A stretch of DNA of 64,000 nucleotides from Podarcis cretensis (Eukaryota): positions 43,772,001-43,836,000 of the forward strand of contig OX638154.1 in the NCBI GenBank assembly GCA_951804945.1, read 5' to 3'. The position numbers and the translations under genes were made by a program. The notes under the pieces are model-generated. The model was given only the letters and a program-made list of their open reading frames with translations, searched no databases and was not told the origin of the DNA. This document shows positions 40,091 through 55,000 of the stretch, in pieces. The number at the start of each line of letters is the position of its first letter. The first letter of the stretch is position 1.

Positions 40091-43000
40091 CCCATATGGT
40101 CATGTGACATCTGGCAAATTAGATTCTGAACAGGCATCTTTCCATTGTTTTTAGCTACACACACAGAAAACAGCAACCACTTCCTACTTTATAGGGGGAA
40201 AGGTATGGCTAGTGATTTAATGAACTCAGCAGTTATGGCTCAATTATTATTTTTGAGGAGAACGATGCAATCCAAAACATTATCCATTACATTTCAAATA
40301 GGGCAGGATTTGATTCAGCATTTAGATTTGATCCCATCTAGAATCAACAAGATTCACAAGGGGCCTCAGACAAAGATCTTTCCTGGTCCTATATGAGATA
40401 CTGCATATGAACCTGGGACCTTCTGTAGGCAAATCATAGAATCACGTGCCTTGCCACTGAGCTACAGCTCTTTTGCCTAACAATGAAGGTGATAACAGTG
40501 TTACAGGTGCTACTTAAAAGGAGAATGACATCTGTAGCATGGTACATCATGCTCATATCACCACTCTCTGTGTTAGAGGAGTTCCTGTTGATCAGGTTCT
40601 GCCAACTAGCAGTTAAGAACTTATTTTTTCTCGATGTATTATCATAACATGGTAGCTTGCTTGATAATAATAAAACTTTGGTTCTGACGTGATACTTTTC
40701 TTCTGTGCTGGATTGCATCAATTCTAATCAGTGCCCTCCTGTGATACCCGTACACCCCTTCTGGGTAAGTACTGCTGGATATATCACTGTTCCAGAGGGA
40801 AATGATGCAAAGCTGAGTTTTGGTTTTATGAATTCACACCAAAGGCCAATGCTCTAAAAAGGCCACCTTTGACCTGGCTTTCTCTCTGCGTTAGTTGTCC
40901 CGTCTGTAAAATAGTGGTTGCTCATAAGCAGGGGAGCTGGACATTGTGTGAAGAACCTCAAATCACAACACTACATGGTTGCATCTTGTGAAATCTATTA
41001 CCCTGGGCTCGCGTAGCTTTGAAATTCAAAGCAGGAAATAAACTGGGAATAAAACCAGAGGGTGGTGGCGTCTGACTATATTTCTGGATCAATGCAAAGT
41101 CTCAAGTTGAAAACAAAACAGGATCCTTCCGTGTTCTTCTTAAAATTTCTCTTTAATCCAGCCTCCCACTTATCCTGGCCTCTCTGTTTCCTGAGGACAG
41201 GACTCTGGTTACCTGTTCATCAGCCACCCTTTTATAGCAACATCCTAGACATTGGCCCCTGTTTGGCATGTAAAGATCTGCACTGCACATGGATAGCCAA
41301 CACTGCTTTTAGGCCTACAAACCCCAGCAAAAATTCTTTCTGGTCTTCCTTGTGTGCTGTATACTAGCTCTGTATATATCTATTAACTAAGTGTTTGTTA
41401 GTAGATAACATGGAGCAGCTAACTTTTGGACCATAGCAATTATCGCATTTAGGGGAACTCCCCCATCATCAACCTGAATTCTGTGAGTGCCGGGCAGGCC
41501 GGGGGAGGGGGAGGAGAGGTCACATATTTAAATCTATTCACAACTGCAGTTGCTGTGATTGTGAAGGTGAGCTGCCATTTTTTTATGGTATGACTGGCCA
41601 TGTGTAATTGCTTGGTGATCTGTAACGTAATGGAGGTTGCATGTCTAACATGCATGCATAGTAGAATAGCTGATTTGCTCATAATCTGAGCAACTGCCAT
41701 ATATATATAATTTGTTATAAACTTGACATCTGTAGGGATAGGAGAAAGAGCAATTCTATGCAGTTAGGAAAAGAGCAATTCTCTCACTACATTGTATGCA
41801 AGAGCTGCCTCCCTTGATGAGATGAAAGACGGCTGATTTTGAAAGATAGTGAGGAGTCTGCAGTCTAAGCTGGATAGATCCGTGGGAACTGAGAAGCAGA
41901 AACCCCCAGACCACAGTGATGGAAATGCTAGACAGTGTGTGCCTTTCCCTTCGGTTATTCTACCCAGTAAATGTTGCTTAATTAAAAAAGACTTGGTGAA
42001 AGAAGGTTGGGGCTTGAGCTGCAGGACCTGAAAACATGGAGGGCTTCCCACCCCTACGCACTAAGCAGAAGCAGCCTTGGATTTCCCCAGGGGCTTGTCA
42101 TGACATGTCAACTTCACAGGCGGAGAGAGCAGGAATGATTTGTTCCTGTTTTTGCAGGTGTCTCATTTCCCTGAAGCCTATAGAGAGTCGCTGCACACCT
42201 ACAAGATAAGCGAGCAAGATACAGATGTAAGAGCACCTCCTCCCTCCCTCTCTCTTGCCTGTCTGCCTCTTCCATCCCCTCTTCCGCTGCCCCCTCTCCA
42301 TCCTCCACCCCTTGCAGGCTGTGCCTTCCCTCTCCATTTCTCTTGACATCATTAAACAGGCATCTATTCTGCTAGTGGAGCTGCAAGGTCCCAAGCACTT
42401 GTGGTTGCCATTGTTCACCAACCCCGGGCTGTCGCTTTTCCTGCTCCATCCTCACCCATTGTACTCTGGGTTTGTGTTTTCATGCTGGCATCATTGTTTG
42501 TGAGTCTGCCCTGCTCAGATTGTGCAGCCCCAGCAACCGAGGCTCTAATACCCGGAGGCCAGGTTGAGATCTGTTCAAAGCAGATGAATGCCTTCTACTA
42601 TGTGAACCAGGGTGGAAGACCTTTATCCAGCTCAAGGGCCACTTTTGCTCCTGAGCAACCTTCTGGGGGCCACATGCCAGTGCTGGGTTGAGAACAAAGG
42701 CAATGGGTGGGTGGAGCAATGAATGCACATCTTTGGACAGCAGGCTAGTTCCTACACACTTGCACCTTTCTCTCTTTTCCATTCACACTTGCAAGAATCT
42801 TTATCAGAGTGCAATGACACATTCTAGTGGGGTGTGTGGACACCCAAGAAGAGTGCAAGGCAGGGCCAGAAAGGATGTGGCTAAGGAGGGGGTGTGACCT
42901 GGGAAGAGGCCAAGAGAGACTTAGAGGGCTACATTCACTTACCCACCCCAGACTCTGCTATGAATCTTATATTTCACCTTTCTTTTCTCGCCTTCCTCCA

Positions 43001-46000
43001 TGAAAGAAGCTCCTGGGAAAGCTCTGTGAGCAAAACAAGGTGATGAGGGAACAGGAGAGGCTGGTGCAGCAACTTCGTGCAGAGAAGGTAAGGGGCATGT
43101 ATCATAGCACACTTAATGCCATAGGCAAGCTGCTTTCTGATTTTTGGCTAACTTTCCAGAGGCTTTTTGAGGCTGGAACCTTATTGCATTTGCTAGGCTG
43201 TGGGCATCATCAAGAGGTTGTTATTTTTGTGGCAAATGTTTCCAGTTTCCCCAAAATAGGAGGCAGAGATGCTAAAAGTGGCCTTTGTAGCTTGTAGCAG
43301 GAGTATTGCTCATAGAGGGCTGTATCCAACAAAGTCATCCCATTGGTGCAAGGACTTCTGCTATACCTCTCTTCTCCCTGTGTGCCTCCCCAAATCTGCT
43401 TTTCCCCCAACCCTGCAGAGCAGGTCTGGGGCCAGGCACATGAGGAGAGAAGTGGGAGAGGAAGTCCTATTGCACAAGCAGAAAGAAATTTCAGGAAAAT
43501 GTCTTCATGCAACACCAGGTTCCTTCTTTCCAAGACTGTATGTGTGGTGGAGGTTATGGGGGGGGGGGTGACCGTGTGACCTACATCTCTGAATGCTGTG
43601 GAAGAAGGCATGTCTAGATATTCAGGCAGATGAGCAAGTCCAACTCAGCCTACACCTGAACTTTATAGCCTTCAACCCAGTTCAGTTGCAATAATGCTTT
43701 GTCCTACAGAACAAATGATGGTTTTAGAAATAAGACCCAGAAAGGCTGAATGCTTGAGGCCAGAAAAAGAATTTTAACTATCCCCTAGTCTGCTGAGCTC
43801 CAGATTGCTGCCTAACCATCAGCTTAAAAAATAAATAAATTCCTTACTCTTCTCTTCACTTAGGAAAGTCTGGAGAGTGCATTGATGGGGACACACCAGG
43901 AGCTAGAGATGTTTGGGAGCCAACCAGCCTACCCTGAAAAACTGCTGCACAAGAAGGAATCCCTCCAGAACCAGTTGATCAATATTCGGGTGGAGCTGTC
44001 CCAAGCCAGCACGGTAATAAAGAAAATGCCCTGTTTATTCTTGCAGAAATCCCAGACACTCAGGAGCCTTCAGGAATCAAGAACAATGGTGGTGGAGGTG
44101 GTGGAGGGAAAATACATACTTGGTCCCTGTTGATCAAGTATATTTGACCCATCCAAACATGCACTGCCACTACCATGCTCAGCTGTGCCCAATAAGCTTG
44201 CTGTTAAATGGAGCAGAGAGCACAGCCCAGCCTATGGTTTGTGTGCAGCCTGCATGGCAGAATAGTGCAAAGACGGCCCTCTCTTCTGGCTCTACATGGG
44301 CTTTGCCCTACAGTATTTAATGCTTCTGCAGCAGCACGAGCTGCATCAGTGGAGCCTGTGTCTCCAGCTGAGCTGAGCCTGCATGGGCTGCCTGCTCTTG
44401 TTGCATTGCCAACGCTGGTGCTGCATGTGTCAGGGGAAACCTGGAGATGAAGAGAGGAATGCTTTGCGGGCTTGGCATTGCACAATAAATCTTTCTTTTG
44501 TCTCCCTGTTTCATTTCCTTTTTCTCTTATTTAAAAAAAAAGGAAGAGAGAGTGAGAAGAAAGCTTCTTTCAGCCCAATGAGAAGGTGCAATAGCATCCA
44601 AATTGAACCCCTCTGGTTCATGAGTGCATGCTGTGAGTTTGCTCTGTGCAAAACACGTGGGGAGAACTGGGGGAAAACCTCCTGTTCATTTCACTTTGAG
44701 TGAAGTCCTCTTTTCTGTTCTCATTGTATGTCCATTAGCTTCCCCCAGCGCACAAATATGATGCCAGTTTGTGTCTTCCAGAATGCAGCAATTAAATGCT
44801 AGCATGGGAAGCATACAAGGGTGATCTTTGTCCTCCAAAGAAGCTATTTGGAAGACAACAGTTTCTACCAAATGCAGCTTTCACCTCCTAGGTGAAGATT
44901 TACTCTGTACTGTGGTGCACAGCCAGGCTGGGCTGGCATCCAAATGAATGGCTCAGTAGTCAGTTAGCGTTTTTAATATTAGTTAGTTCCTCTGCACTCC
45001 AGGGACATGGAGAGGAGATTGCGAGTGAGTGTGTTGGTATCTTGATGGGACTGTTTGCAAATCCCCACAGGCTTTGGCCAACAGCACCATAGAATATGAG
45101 AACCTGGAGGGTGAGGTGTCAGCCTTGCATGATGACCTGTGGGAACAACTGAACTTGGACATCCAGGTGAGAGAACGAAACCTCCAGACCACCTGCGTTT
45201 AAGGAAAATGCTAGGGAATCCAGAGCAAAACTGGGCACAGACCTGTGGGGATGTCTAAGCATTTGTTGATAGACAGATTTGATCCTGGTTCTCTTCTTAC
45301 AAAGTTGTAAACGAAAGAATAAAACCACCTGTATTCAGTTCAGTGGTACCTCGGTTTAAGAACAGTCCTGTTTAAGAACGATTTAGTTTACGAACTCCGT
45401 AACACCGGAAGTAATGTCCCAGTTTGCGAAGTTTACCTTGGTCTAAGAATGGAATCCAAATGGTGGCAGGGCACCGGCGGCGGGAGGCCTCATTAGGGAA
45501 AGCGCACCTCGGTTTAAGAACGGTTTCGGTTTAAGAACGGACTTCCGGAACGGATTAAGTTCGTAAACCAAGGTACCACTGTACAGTTATCATTTCACAT
45601 AATTAAGCCATCATTCTCACACATCCATCCTTAAGGAAACTGACTATTGGACTGGGCTGCTTTTCCTAGATGCAAGTAAAAACATCAGAGCCAGATTTTA
45701 AGCGTTATTCATGTATGTGCACCTAAAATACTGTGCACTACTACCATGACCAGTCACACCTATTGTGCATGCACAAAACAATTATGTGAAGAGCTGGCAT
45801 GTGATTTTTAATGGACCCATGTGCAAACTTTCATATAACTACTGGTGTGCTAATCCTATATGGAAATATGTTAGGAGAGACTCCAGTGCAGACAGTTTTG
45901 ATCTCTCCTACAGTAGTTGTTAATACAGAAGCCCCACATTTGCATTTAGTTGTCATTGCTCCCAGTGTATGCTTTGGGAAATTTTTGATTGGGTTTTCCT

Positions 46001-49000
46001 AACGTAGAGCCTTATATTTCCCCAAACTAGGGTCCATCTTCTTAACTGTACCCTACCAACCCTGGATTTATGCAGCTTCTGCTAGGCATCTCTGACCCTT
46101 TCTTCAGTAATTACGCATTTTAAAACAGCCAAGAAATTATGTAGACATATGATGTGGTTGTAGTCTGTTCTTCAGTTCCAATGTGGGCTCCATTACCTCT
46201 TTGTTTGGAATTACCTGGAAAGAAAATTGCTGGTGCTGGGATGCATTTCACTGATGACCTGCCAGAAGCAGCTTCACAGTAGTGCTTAATTATCCTTAGA
46301 AGCCTTGTAAACAGGGGGCCAATGTTGCCCAATCCAGCTTCCCACCCCTCTTGCTATGCACGTCCCTCTGCTGTCATTCTGAAAAGGCAGATGGTGAGAT
46401 ATGGGAGACGCTGAAGCAGAAAGCAGGCACAGAGGTTGGCTTGCTGATGTTGTCCATGTCATTGACACCAGATAGAGTAATGATGTCTAATCCTTGCTTC
46501 CCTTCCGATGTAAACGACACTTGACCTTCTCGCTGCCACACTGAATGAAGGCATTGTTTTCCTTCCTTGCTCTGAGGTCCGCTTAGTCTCCAGACTCCAC
46601 ACATTTAAGCACCTACCAGATTTCTGTGAAACTCTGTCTCTGTGTGTGCGCACGTTCAGTGCAAATAGAAAACCTTCTGTTCTTAGTATTTATTTGCAAA
46701 GGTGCGGAAGTGGAAACAAACAGTTCTTAACCCCCTGTTGCCATCCCCCAGCACACACTCAAATGGTATGAGGAATGTGGGAGTTGAGTCGACAGGCCTT
46801 CTTTTGGTCCTTGTCTAAAAAGCAAAGGGTTCAGTGTTCCTGCTCTGGTAGATGTAGCCAGAGTTCACTTAATTGCAGGAGTGCTTTGGGGAAGAGTATG
46901 CTTGCCTTGACCCTAGGAAGCATCACCACAGAATCGTGTGGAAGATGCCACCATCAGAGTGAATTCAAACATTGAGTTGAGCATGTGGTACAGGCTGCAC
47001 ACAGGTATGCTTGTTTGAAACTTATGCATGCATCAAAATTTCCTTCCACGTGCAAAATTAGTAATTCCACTAGAGCAGACAGCTAGGCTGGAAGTCTTCT
47101 CCCTGATCTGCAGCTAGCCACATGCGTATCTGAAGTACAACAGGCAGGTAAGGACTGCTCACCATTTCCTTTGGCAAATGACCCACTTTTAAGGATCCCA
47201 TATTCTCTGAAGTAAGTCCCATTTAGTTTAGTGAGACTTCTAAAAAATGCTTGCGATTGCAAGCTTAAGGGCAAACAAGACAAGATGGTGGAGGAATTCA
47301 TTACTGGATCTCCTGTGACTGTTCCCCCACCCACCCACACTCCTTCCACCCTCCCCTAAATTATATCCTGCATCCTCCCCCCCCCCCCGAAAAAAGAACT
47401 CAAAGCAGGTTTGAACAAATAAGTTACAACTAACCATATTAAAACACTAAAACATAATCATAGCATGAAATCACATCTGTTCTCCACTATGTAACAACCT
47501 GATTGGATGCGGAACTTCTTTCACTTCATTTATTCCAGAAGTTTGCATCCCAGAGTGTTATAAAACAGATCACTCTTCATTGAAGAGGGTCTGTTGTGTG
47601 CCTAGCAATTTATTGCTGTTTGTGTCCTGCCTGAGAGTAATTAATTCTGGAACAGCTCCAGAGGGAGGGAGAGATGTTGTGATAGAGCAGGGAGTGGCTC
47701 TCGCAGTATGCCCTGCTTGCAGTCCTGGAGTCTGCAGCCCTCCACAGCTGGAGAACATCCAGCATCTGTTCCAAAGTGGCATAAATATCCAGGCCAGGAT
47801 GTTTGTGAGTGGCTCTTTCAAAGGGAAAGCAAGAGCTCTGCTAGCTCCTGATGGAACTAATTGATTGTAATGGTAGAAAGAGCAGGCGATGTCTGTGCTT
47901 TAGCTGGAAGGATGATGTGCTCAGCCTGTTCTCATGTTTTAAGTGATAAGCCTGTGCTTGTATGCAGCCTTGTTCACTGAGTAATTACAATGGGTTTTAA
48001 ACTCTTGCGGTAACCATTTCGTTTCTGGTTTGTCCGCGCACACATTTCCAATCTGATCCGATTCATCATCCTGATTTGAACTGTAATCTCTGTGTTTCAA
48101 TGGAATAATAAGATCAGAATATTTGTGGCTGAGAGTTGGGTGAGCAGGACATCTCCCAGGTGTGTGCAAAAGCTACATCTGCACAGATTCTCATGAAAAG
48201 TGGAACAGGAAAGCAAAAATGCCTGTGTGTATCCTCTGTGTTATGGATTGTGCTGTGCCAGAAAGGGGAAGGACCACAAATGCTGTTTTTAAAACTACTT
48301 GCACACTTGTAGCAATTTAGTGCCGTTTGCTCAAACTTTACTACTTGAGTCTGTGGGTTTATGGAAAATTTGTCGTGCTGGGGCAGAAATTGCGATGTGG
48401 CAGGAAAACAGATATAGGCAGGTGAATATATGAGACTAGAAACACATGGTGGAGTGGCAAGGTATTATTGTGAGACATGCACTCTCAGCACTGATGCTGG
48501 TCGTACATGCAAATGCATAGGTCTCAGCCATTTCCACATCCTGAGCTTGAAAGCAGCAGTTTCCAACAATCAACATTTTGAACCAGTTTTTGCACTCACA
48601 AAATCACTAAGACAAGAGTCTTCAGTATGTAACTTCTGTCCCTGGGATGCTAAGCAACATCCCAATTTTTTAAGGGGTGGGAAATAGGGTTTCTGGGCCA
48701 GTTGCATTGTTTTCATAAACCTCACAACTGATTTCTAAAGCACTCTGGGCTGATCCCTGCATGCCAGCTGGCTGCTTTCTTTTTCTGCATCTCAGTTGTC
48801 CCTGGGCCTGGGGAAATGTAATGTGTGAGCAGGCAGTGAACTGGAGCTACATGGATACACTCTGCTGTGATTGCAGCTGTTCCAAAAAGTGTTGCTTCAC
48901 TTGTAGAAACCAGAGCAGAATATATGTAATGCATTATTGCTGCTTCACATGTTATAGTTCTCTATGCAGTTCCGCAATCAGGGACAATTAGGGGGCCAGG

Positions 49001-52000
49001 TCTTGGAGCACTCTTCGAACTCAGATATAAACATTCACAACTGCCTGGATGATTATATCAGTGTTCTGATAGCTTGTTTCTTCACAATGATTTTTCAATT
49101 TGCACTCTTGTTTGAAACTGTACAAACTTCTGATTATAGGCTGTTCATCGGCTTCCTTGACAAGAGGAGCAGTTGCCCAGGGTTGCCATAGCAAAGTGTG
49201 CCTTTTGCAGAACCTAGGCTAAGCTTGAAGAAAAAGATCTCTTTGGGATTACGGAAGCTTGTAAAAGTGGCAATTTTTGCCAAGAGAAATTGAGTGGGTG
49301 CTTAAATCCCTCTTCCTCCAGCTGCTTTTCCCATTGCAGAGTTCTAGCTGTATACTTAGAAGTGCCAAGCAGGGATAGCTAATCTGTGGCCCTCCTCCTG
49401 TCGTTGGCAGTGGTGGACCTAAATCTGGGGGGAAATATATACAACAAAAAAGTAATCAACTTGACTCAGATCAATGTGGCTCACAAATTTTAAGCAATGT
49501 GGACTAAATTGCTTTTGGGGCCCTTCCAGGATTAGGAGCCCTGAAGCCTAAGTTTCATTTGTTTAATAGTAGATTTGCCCCTGATTGCTGGACTCCAGCA
49601 CTCATCAGCCCCAGACAGCATAGCCAGTGGTTAGGGATGATGGGAGTTCTAGTCCAACAACATAAGGTTAGCTACCTCTTATATAAAGGGGAACGTATAG
49701 TTTTTACCTAAAAGAAATAGAAGCATAGGAAACTGCCTTGTACCAAGACAGATCATGGCTCCAGCTACCTTGGAGTTGCTTGCAGTGACTGGAAGCAGCA
49801 ATCCAGGTTTTCAGACAGGGGTAGTCCCCAGGCCAACCTGAAGACTGCAAGGATTGAATTTGGGACCTTCTTGCATGCAAAGCAGATGCTCTACCGATAA
49901 GCTACGGCCCTCCCCCCTACCCTAAGGATCAAGTTCAGGAAGCAGTGCTAGTTTACTTACTATTATTTTGGGTGCTTTGGCCCTTTCAGAATGAAATGCT
50001 CAACCGGCAAATCCAGAAGGAGATCTGGCGGATCCAGGATGTGATGGAGGGGCTGAGGAAGAACAACCCATCTCGGGGCACAGACACAGCAAAGCATAGG
50101 GGTAAGTGCAACAATTTGCAGGCTCTTTGGAGTCGCAGGCAGAAGTATTGGCTTCTTATCTCAATATCTGCCACTCCTTCCACAATGCGTACACCCAAAA
50201 TTTGCTATCTGCCACCTGGAAATGTTTTGCAACCAGGATAGGAGTGTCATTTATCGCATTTATCTATTTGAAGAGTGGCACTGTCATTTAGACCAGGGGT
50301 AAGCAGAAGATAGATCAGGAACTAATATTAGATTGCTGTGTAATTGGCCGTGCATCAGCAAGAGTTTCGTAGAATCATAGAGTTGGAAGGGACCCTACAG
50401 CTCCCTGTGCCATAAACCACATCAGTCCATTTGCCAACAGCATGACAACCAGGACAGAGGTGCAGGAGGGCAGGACAGTCTCTGCATCAGTCTGGAGTTG
50501 GCACAAGCAGAGGACCTATATCAGGACCAATACCATCATAACTTTTTAAAGGGTACTTTCCTTTGTTTTCAGATCTTTCAAGGAAGGTTCAGTTCCTCCC
50601 TCCACCCCCCCACACACTTTCCGTTGGCCTCTCTAGGTGGTCCCTTTCCTGCTGATCCATCCATCAGTTGGTTTGCATGAATGGCTTACCTTTTCCGTCT
50701 TATTTTTCCGCAGTATCCCTTGGCCCATCAGGAACCTACAGCTCCAACAGCCCTGCCAGCCCTTTGAGCTCAGCCAGCCTCACCAGTCCCCTGAGCCCTT
50801 TCTCTCTTGTGTCGGGATCCCAGAGCTCCCCTACTAAGCAAGGCAGCAATGAGGTGAGCAAATTTATCATTGCCCAGGGCAGCCTGAATGAAAATGCAGC
50901 AAAATGGGAGAGGGGGAAGTGTGTGGCCAAGATGCTCTCGTAACACTTCTGTTTCCAGGATTATCATTCCACCAGTAGGTGGCAACCCAGGCCTTGCTCT
51001 GGCATGGGTGATGGAGGCTGCAATACATTTTTTTCAGAGGAAAGTCGAAGGGGCCCTGGCAATAGACCCAACCACTTAAAGATCGTAATATTGGCTTAAA
51101 CAACCTGAAACTCTGGGTGCTTCTAGACTAACAGACCCCCTGCTTCCAGTTGCAATAGTAGTTCTAAACCAAGATATGCAATAGGAGGGGAGATAAAGAA
51201 AAGGTTGGTAGAGCAGGGTAGCGCTAACCTTACTCATTTGATATTCCTGTAGCTGTGTTGATCCTTCTAGTTTCAAGACTATAAGTATTCAGCAAAGGAA
51301 TTGGCCACTTGAAGTATAGATTCCAGGTAACTGGCACTCTGATACAGCAGGCCAATCACCTGCAGCACCCATTAAAATTTAACACAATTTGTGCTTGTGC
51401 TCACCTTTTTTTAAAAAAATCCTTTAGAATCAAAAGACCCAAAGCTGATCACTATTCTTATTTATTTAACAGGATTTGTATATTGTTTAATCAACAAAAA
51501 TCTCTAAGCGGTTTACATAACACAATTTAAAATATACATAAGAAAATACTACTAAAACCAAACTGTAAAACTAATTGACGTAAAATAGATCAAAATATAG
51601 ATAAAATCAGTAGTGTTGAAACAAATGTGCACAATGCAGTGTGCACACGTCGAGACAGACTTGCCTAAACAAAAAAAGGTTTAAGCTGGTGCTGAATACA
51701 GTACCACAGGCGTTCTTGCCCACTGCAGAGAGTAGGCACTGCCACTCTAAAGGACCAGTTCTTTGCAAGAGCAAAATACCCGTTACGTGACACTTATAAA
51801 AGTGGCCTTTATGCAGATCAAAGCAGTCAGGTGGACACATAGGGGTAAGACAACCCCTCAAGTAGACTGAATTATGTGATAGATGATATAGCCACTTTCA
51901 CTGCTCTGCTGGCTTTTATTTGGGAAACTGCGGCAATGAGCAATTAGGATAATTATTTGAAGGCTTTTTACTCTGCAACAAGACTCCCTCCCTTCTTCCA

Positions 52001-55000
52001 TTATGTCTGCTCACTTATCGAGTTACTAATCCTGAATCATTGCTGGTATCGTTGCAGAGCATTAGGCAAGGGCCATAGCTCATTGATAGAGAATCTGCTT
52101 GGCATTCACAAAGTCCCAGGTTCAAGCCCTGGCATCACCAGGAAGGGCTGGCAAGAACTACTGTCTGAAACCCTCGAAAGCTGCTACCAATATTGAGCTA
52201 GAATGACCAGCGGTATGATTCCGTATAGAGCAGCGCTATATTTTCCTGGTGAAATTGCTCCTATTGTGTGTGTTTTTCGGGTGGGGGGAAATAATGTGGG
52301 CACAGCCTTTGTGAGCCATTCATCTCAACACCACATCAGCAACTATTTTAAAGAAGATTGATAGCACAGAGAAAAGCTGCTACACAAGCAGCTCTCCATG
52401 TAGTGATAGCTGCCTTAAGGTGCAATGTGAACTGGTCTTCACGTGATGCACATAAAAATGGCAAGGTGCTCAGATATGACAGCAGCTGACATGCACCTTA
52501 GGCTAGGATACGTCAAGCACCCTAAAACTTTGGAATGATTCAGTTTCAGTAGTTATGAGTTGGTGGGAGATTAGCAACTTCTTTTACTGCTACAACCTCT
52601 GCCCATCCTAAATAGAAGCCTGATCCAATAGATTGGGCCAAAAGGCATTGGACAATTATATATGGTACTTCCTATGCTTCTTCCATGCCTATAAAAGGCA
52701 TTGCAGATACTGGCATATCGTATTCCAACTTGTACAAATGACCAAATACAATGAGGGAAATAGCCAATGGATGGGCATCTTTATTTTTTGGTCACTCTGG
52801 CTCCATCTGTCATCGAACCTAAATTTCTGCCCCAAATCAACCATCAACCCCAGACCCACTCATGTTCCACCCCCATGCATGTTTTGGGGGGTATCATTTT
52901 CTGTGTTCCCGAAACCTTGGGATTTCAGCACGTATGCAATCACCATTGGGTCATTCAAACCTACAGCAGTTGTGTCTATAGATATAACTTCACATTGTGG
53001 GGCAAGCAGCAGACTGCAAGGATCATAAAATATCTGCATTTTGGACAATGTGCCTTGAAAGAGATGCATTCTTATTTTTTGAAATGGCAGATATTTTGGA
53101 AGCAGCTGAAAATCCCCTCGCAGTTTGCACCTTTGGTCCAGTAACACCAGGCTCATTCCAGGCTTGCGTGGCTCAATGTTGGGTTGCCCAGCATGAAGAG
53201 AGAGGCCGGCCATTTGGCGTCGGGGCTCCTGGGTGCTTGGTTGCAGCTGTGCCCTGTCCTGGGTGTAACACCTGTCTCTGTTGGAGTCTTTGTCTCACTA
53301 ATTCTCTTTTCCTTCCCCTTCTCACAGTTTCTCTGCTCTTACTCCTAACACTTCTCGGCTTCCTCTCCACTTCAGGAGCCCGGTCCACCTCGACCTCCCC
53401 TCCCCAAATCATATGTGCCCTTGGAATCTCCTCCGACTGTCCCTCCGCTCCCTACCGAAAGCCGCCTCTGGCCGTATCCTAACTCCCCTTCTTGGCAGCA
53501 AAGCAGCGAGGCGAAGAGGGGACAGGTATCAAAATGGAGTTTGAGAGCTGGAGGCATGCTCTATCCTTTGCCACACTCACCTTGTTTCCTGCTTGGCAGG
53601 GGGTTGGACTCGATGGCCCTTGTGGTCTCTTCCAACTCTATGATTCTATGATTCTATGGAACTGGGGAGGGATGTGGAGCCAGGTGCGGGAGCAGCTTGT
53701 GGGGAGGAGCCATGCTGTGTCATTGTCGTGTCCTGCAACAGTGCAGGGCTAGGGTTAGGCAGTGCAGTGCAGTGCAGGTGAACCCACACTGCCCAACCCT
53801 TTCACCATCCTGGTACATGGTAATGGGATTGGTGCCCAGAGACCAGGACCACAGCACTAGCACCTCTCCCCACCAGCTGCTCCTAGCCGGATGGTTAACC
53901 AGCCATCTTTCTCAAGCAACCTATGCTCCCTGAAGCCCATTACATGATATTTTTCCTACGTGTAGATTTTGCCTAGGTATGAAAAATGTCATCTGCCAAA
54001 CAGCCTTTGGAGCAAGTTGCCTTTTTGAGAATGTCCGAAGCTACATCCTCTCAATGGCAGGTTGTGATATACCCTAATCATGGATGAGAACAGAAGGCAA
54101 GAGTGGGACACAGATTTCAAATCAGAGACTTAGGCTGGAGACACACAATATTTTTTCTTTTCTTCAGAGAGCTGAAGCCGTCCTGAAAGAGAAATTGCTG
54201 CTTGGTGTGCCTCCTTAACTGGTGTTTGCTTTTGGTGAAGTGGTTTTGTGGGTTTTTGAAACAACTCAAAAACCTGTGAAACCTTTTTGACCAATGGCAA
54301 TAATGAGACAAAAGAACTATTAAATGTACATGCAAAGCAATGCCTTTGTCAGACTCCATTCATCTCTCTCAGAAATGACTGTCTGCCTCCAGCCTTAGAT
54401 TGCAATTCTGTGGCCGCAATTGATTGTGGCCTATATTTATACTGATAGCCAAGTATCCTGTGGCTTGTGGGCCTCTTTGCCCAGTGGGAAAGTGATATAC
54501 AAAACACATCAGTCCACAAGAATATCATGAACAATGACACGTTCCTCAGAGAGTAACTCTCCACTTAGTTTGTAAGATAACCTTGGATTAATATCTGCAA
54601 AGGTTTCACATCTCCACCAAGCAGAATCTGATCCATGTTAAACCCCATGAAGGTAGTGGAAATGTTTTAAAGCTGCTGAGCTGGTTTTTCATCTCCCATG
54701 TTGAGAGGGGATATCATGCCATTGGGATCTCATAAGAGCTGGCTGGGGGGAAGCAACCATTATAGGTCAGTTGCAAAGTAGGTGGGGGAAGAAAACCTCC
54801 AAGCCTTCTGCTGCTCTCGCTTCAAAGCTGCCTTTGCTTTTCCCCAAGTGGAATTTCACAGGTTTTGCACATCCCAAAAGTCAGATAGTGGCAGCAACGT
54901 TTAGGGCAAGGCCATATAAAGAATTAAGGAATTAAAGTGAGGAATTAAGGTGGTTGTTTTATTTTCTAAAAGGCTGGTGCTTTTTTTTTTCTCAAACCCA

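Noticed and set aside
42318-42359. Strong pyrimidine tract and CAG followed by in-frame AVPSLSISLDIIKQ
   Set aside because: The only in-frame donor is a poor GC site (cag|gcatct), so an exon cannot be supported without reads.
53328-53375. In-frame upstream acceptor for the Pro-rich exon
   Set aside because: The extension contains an in-frame TAA.
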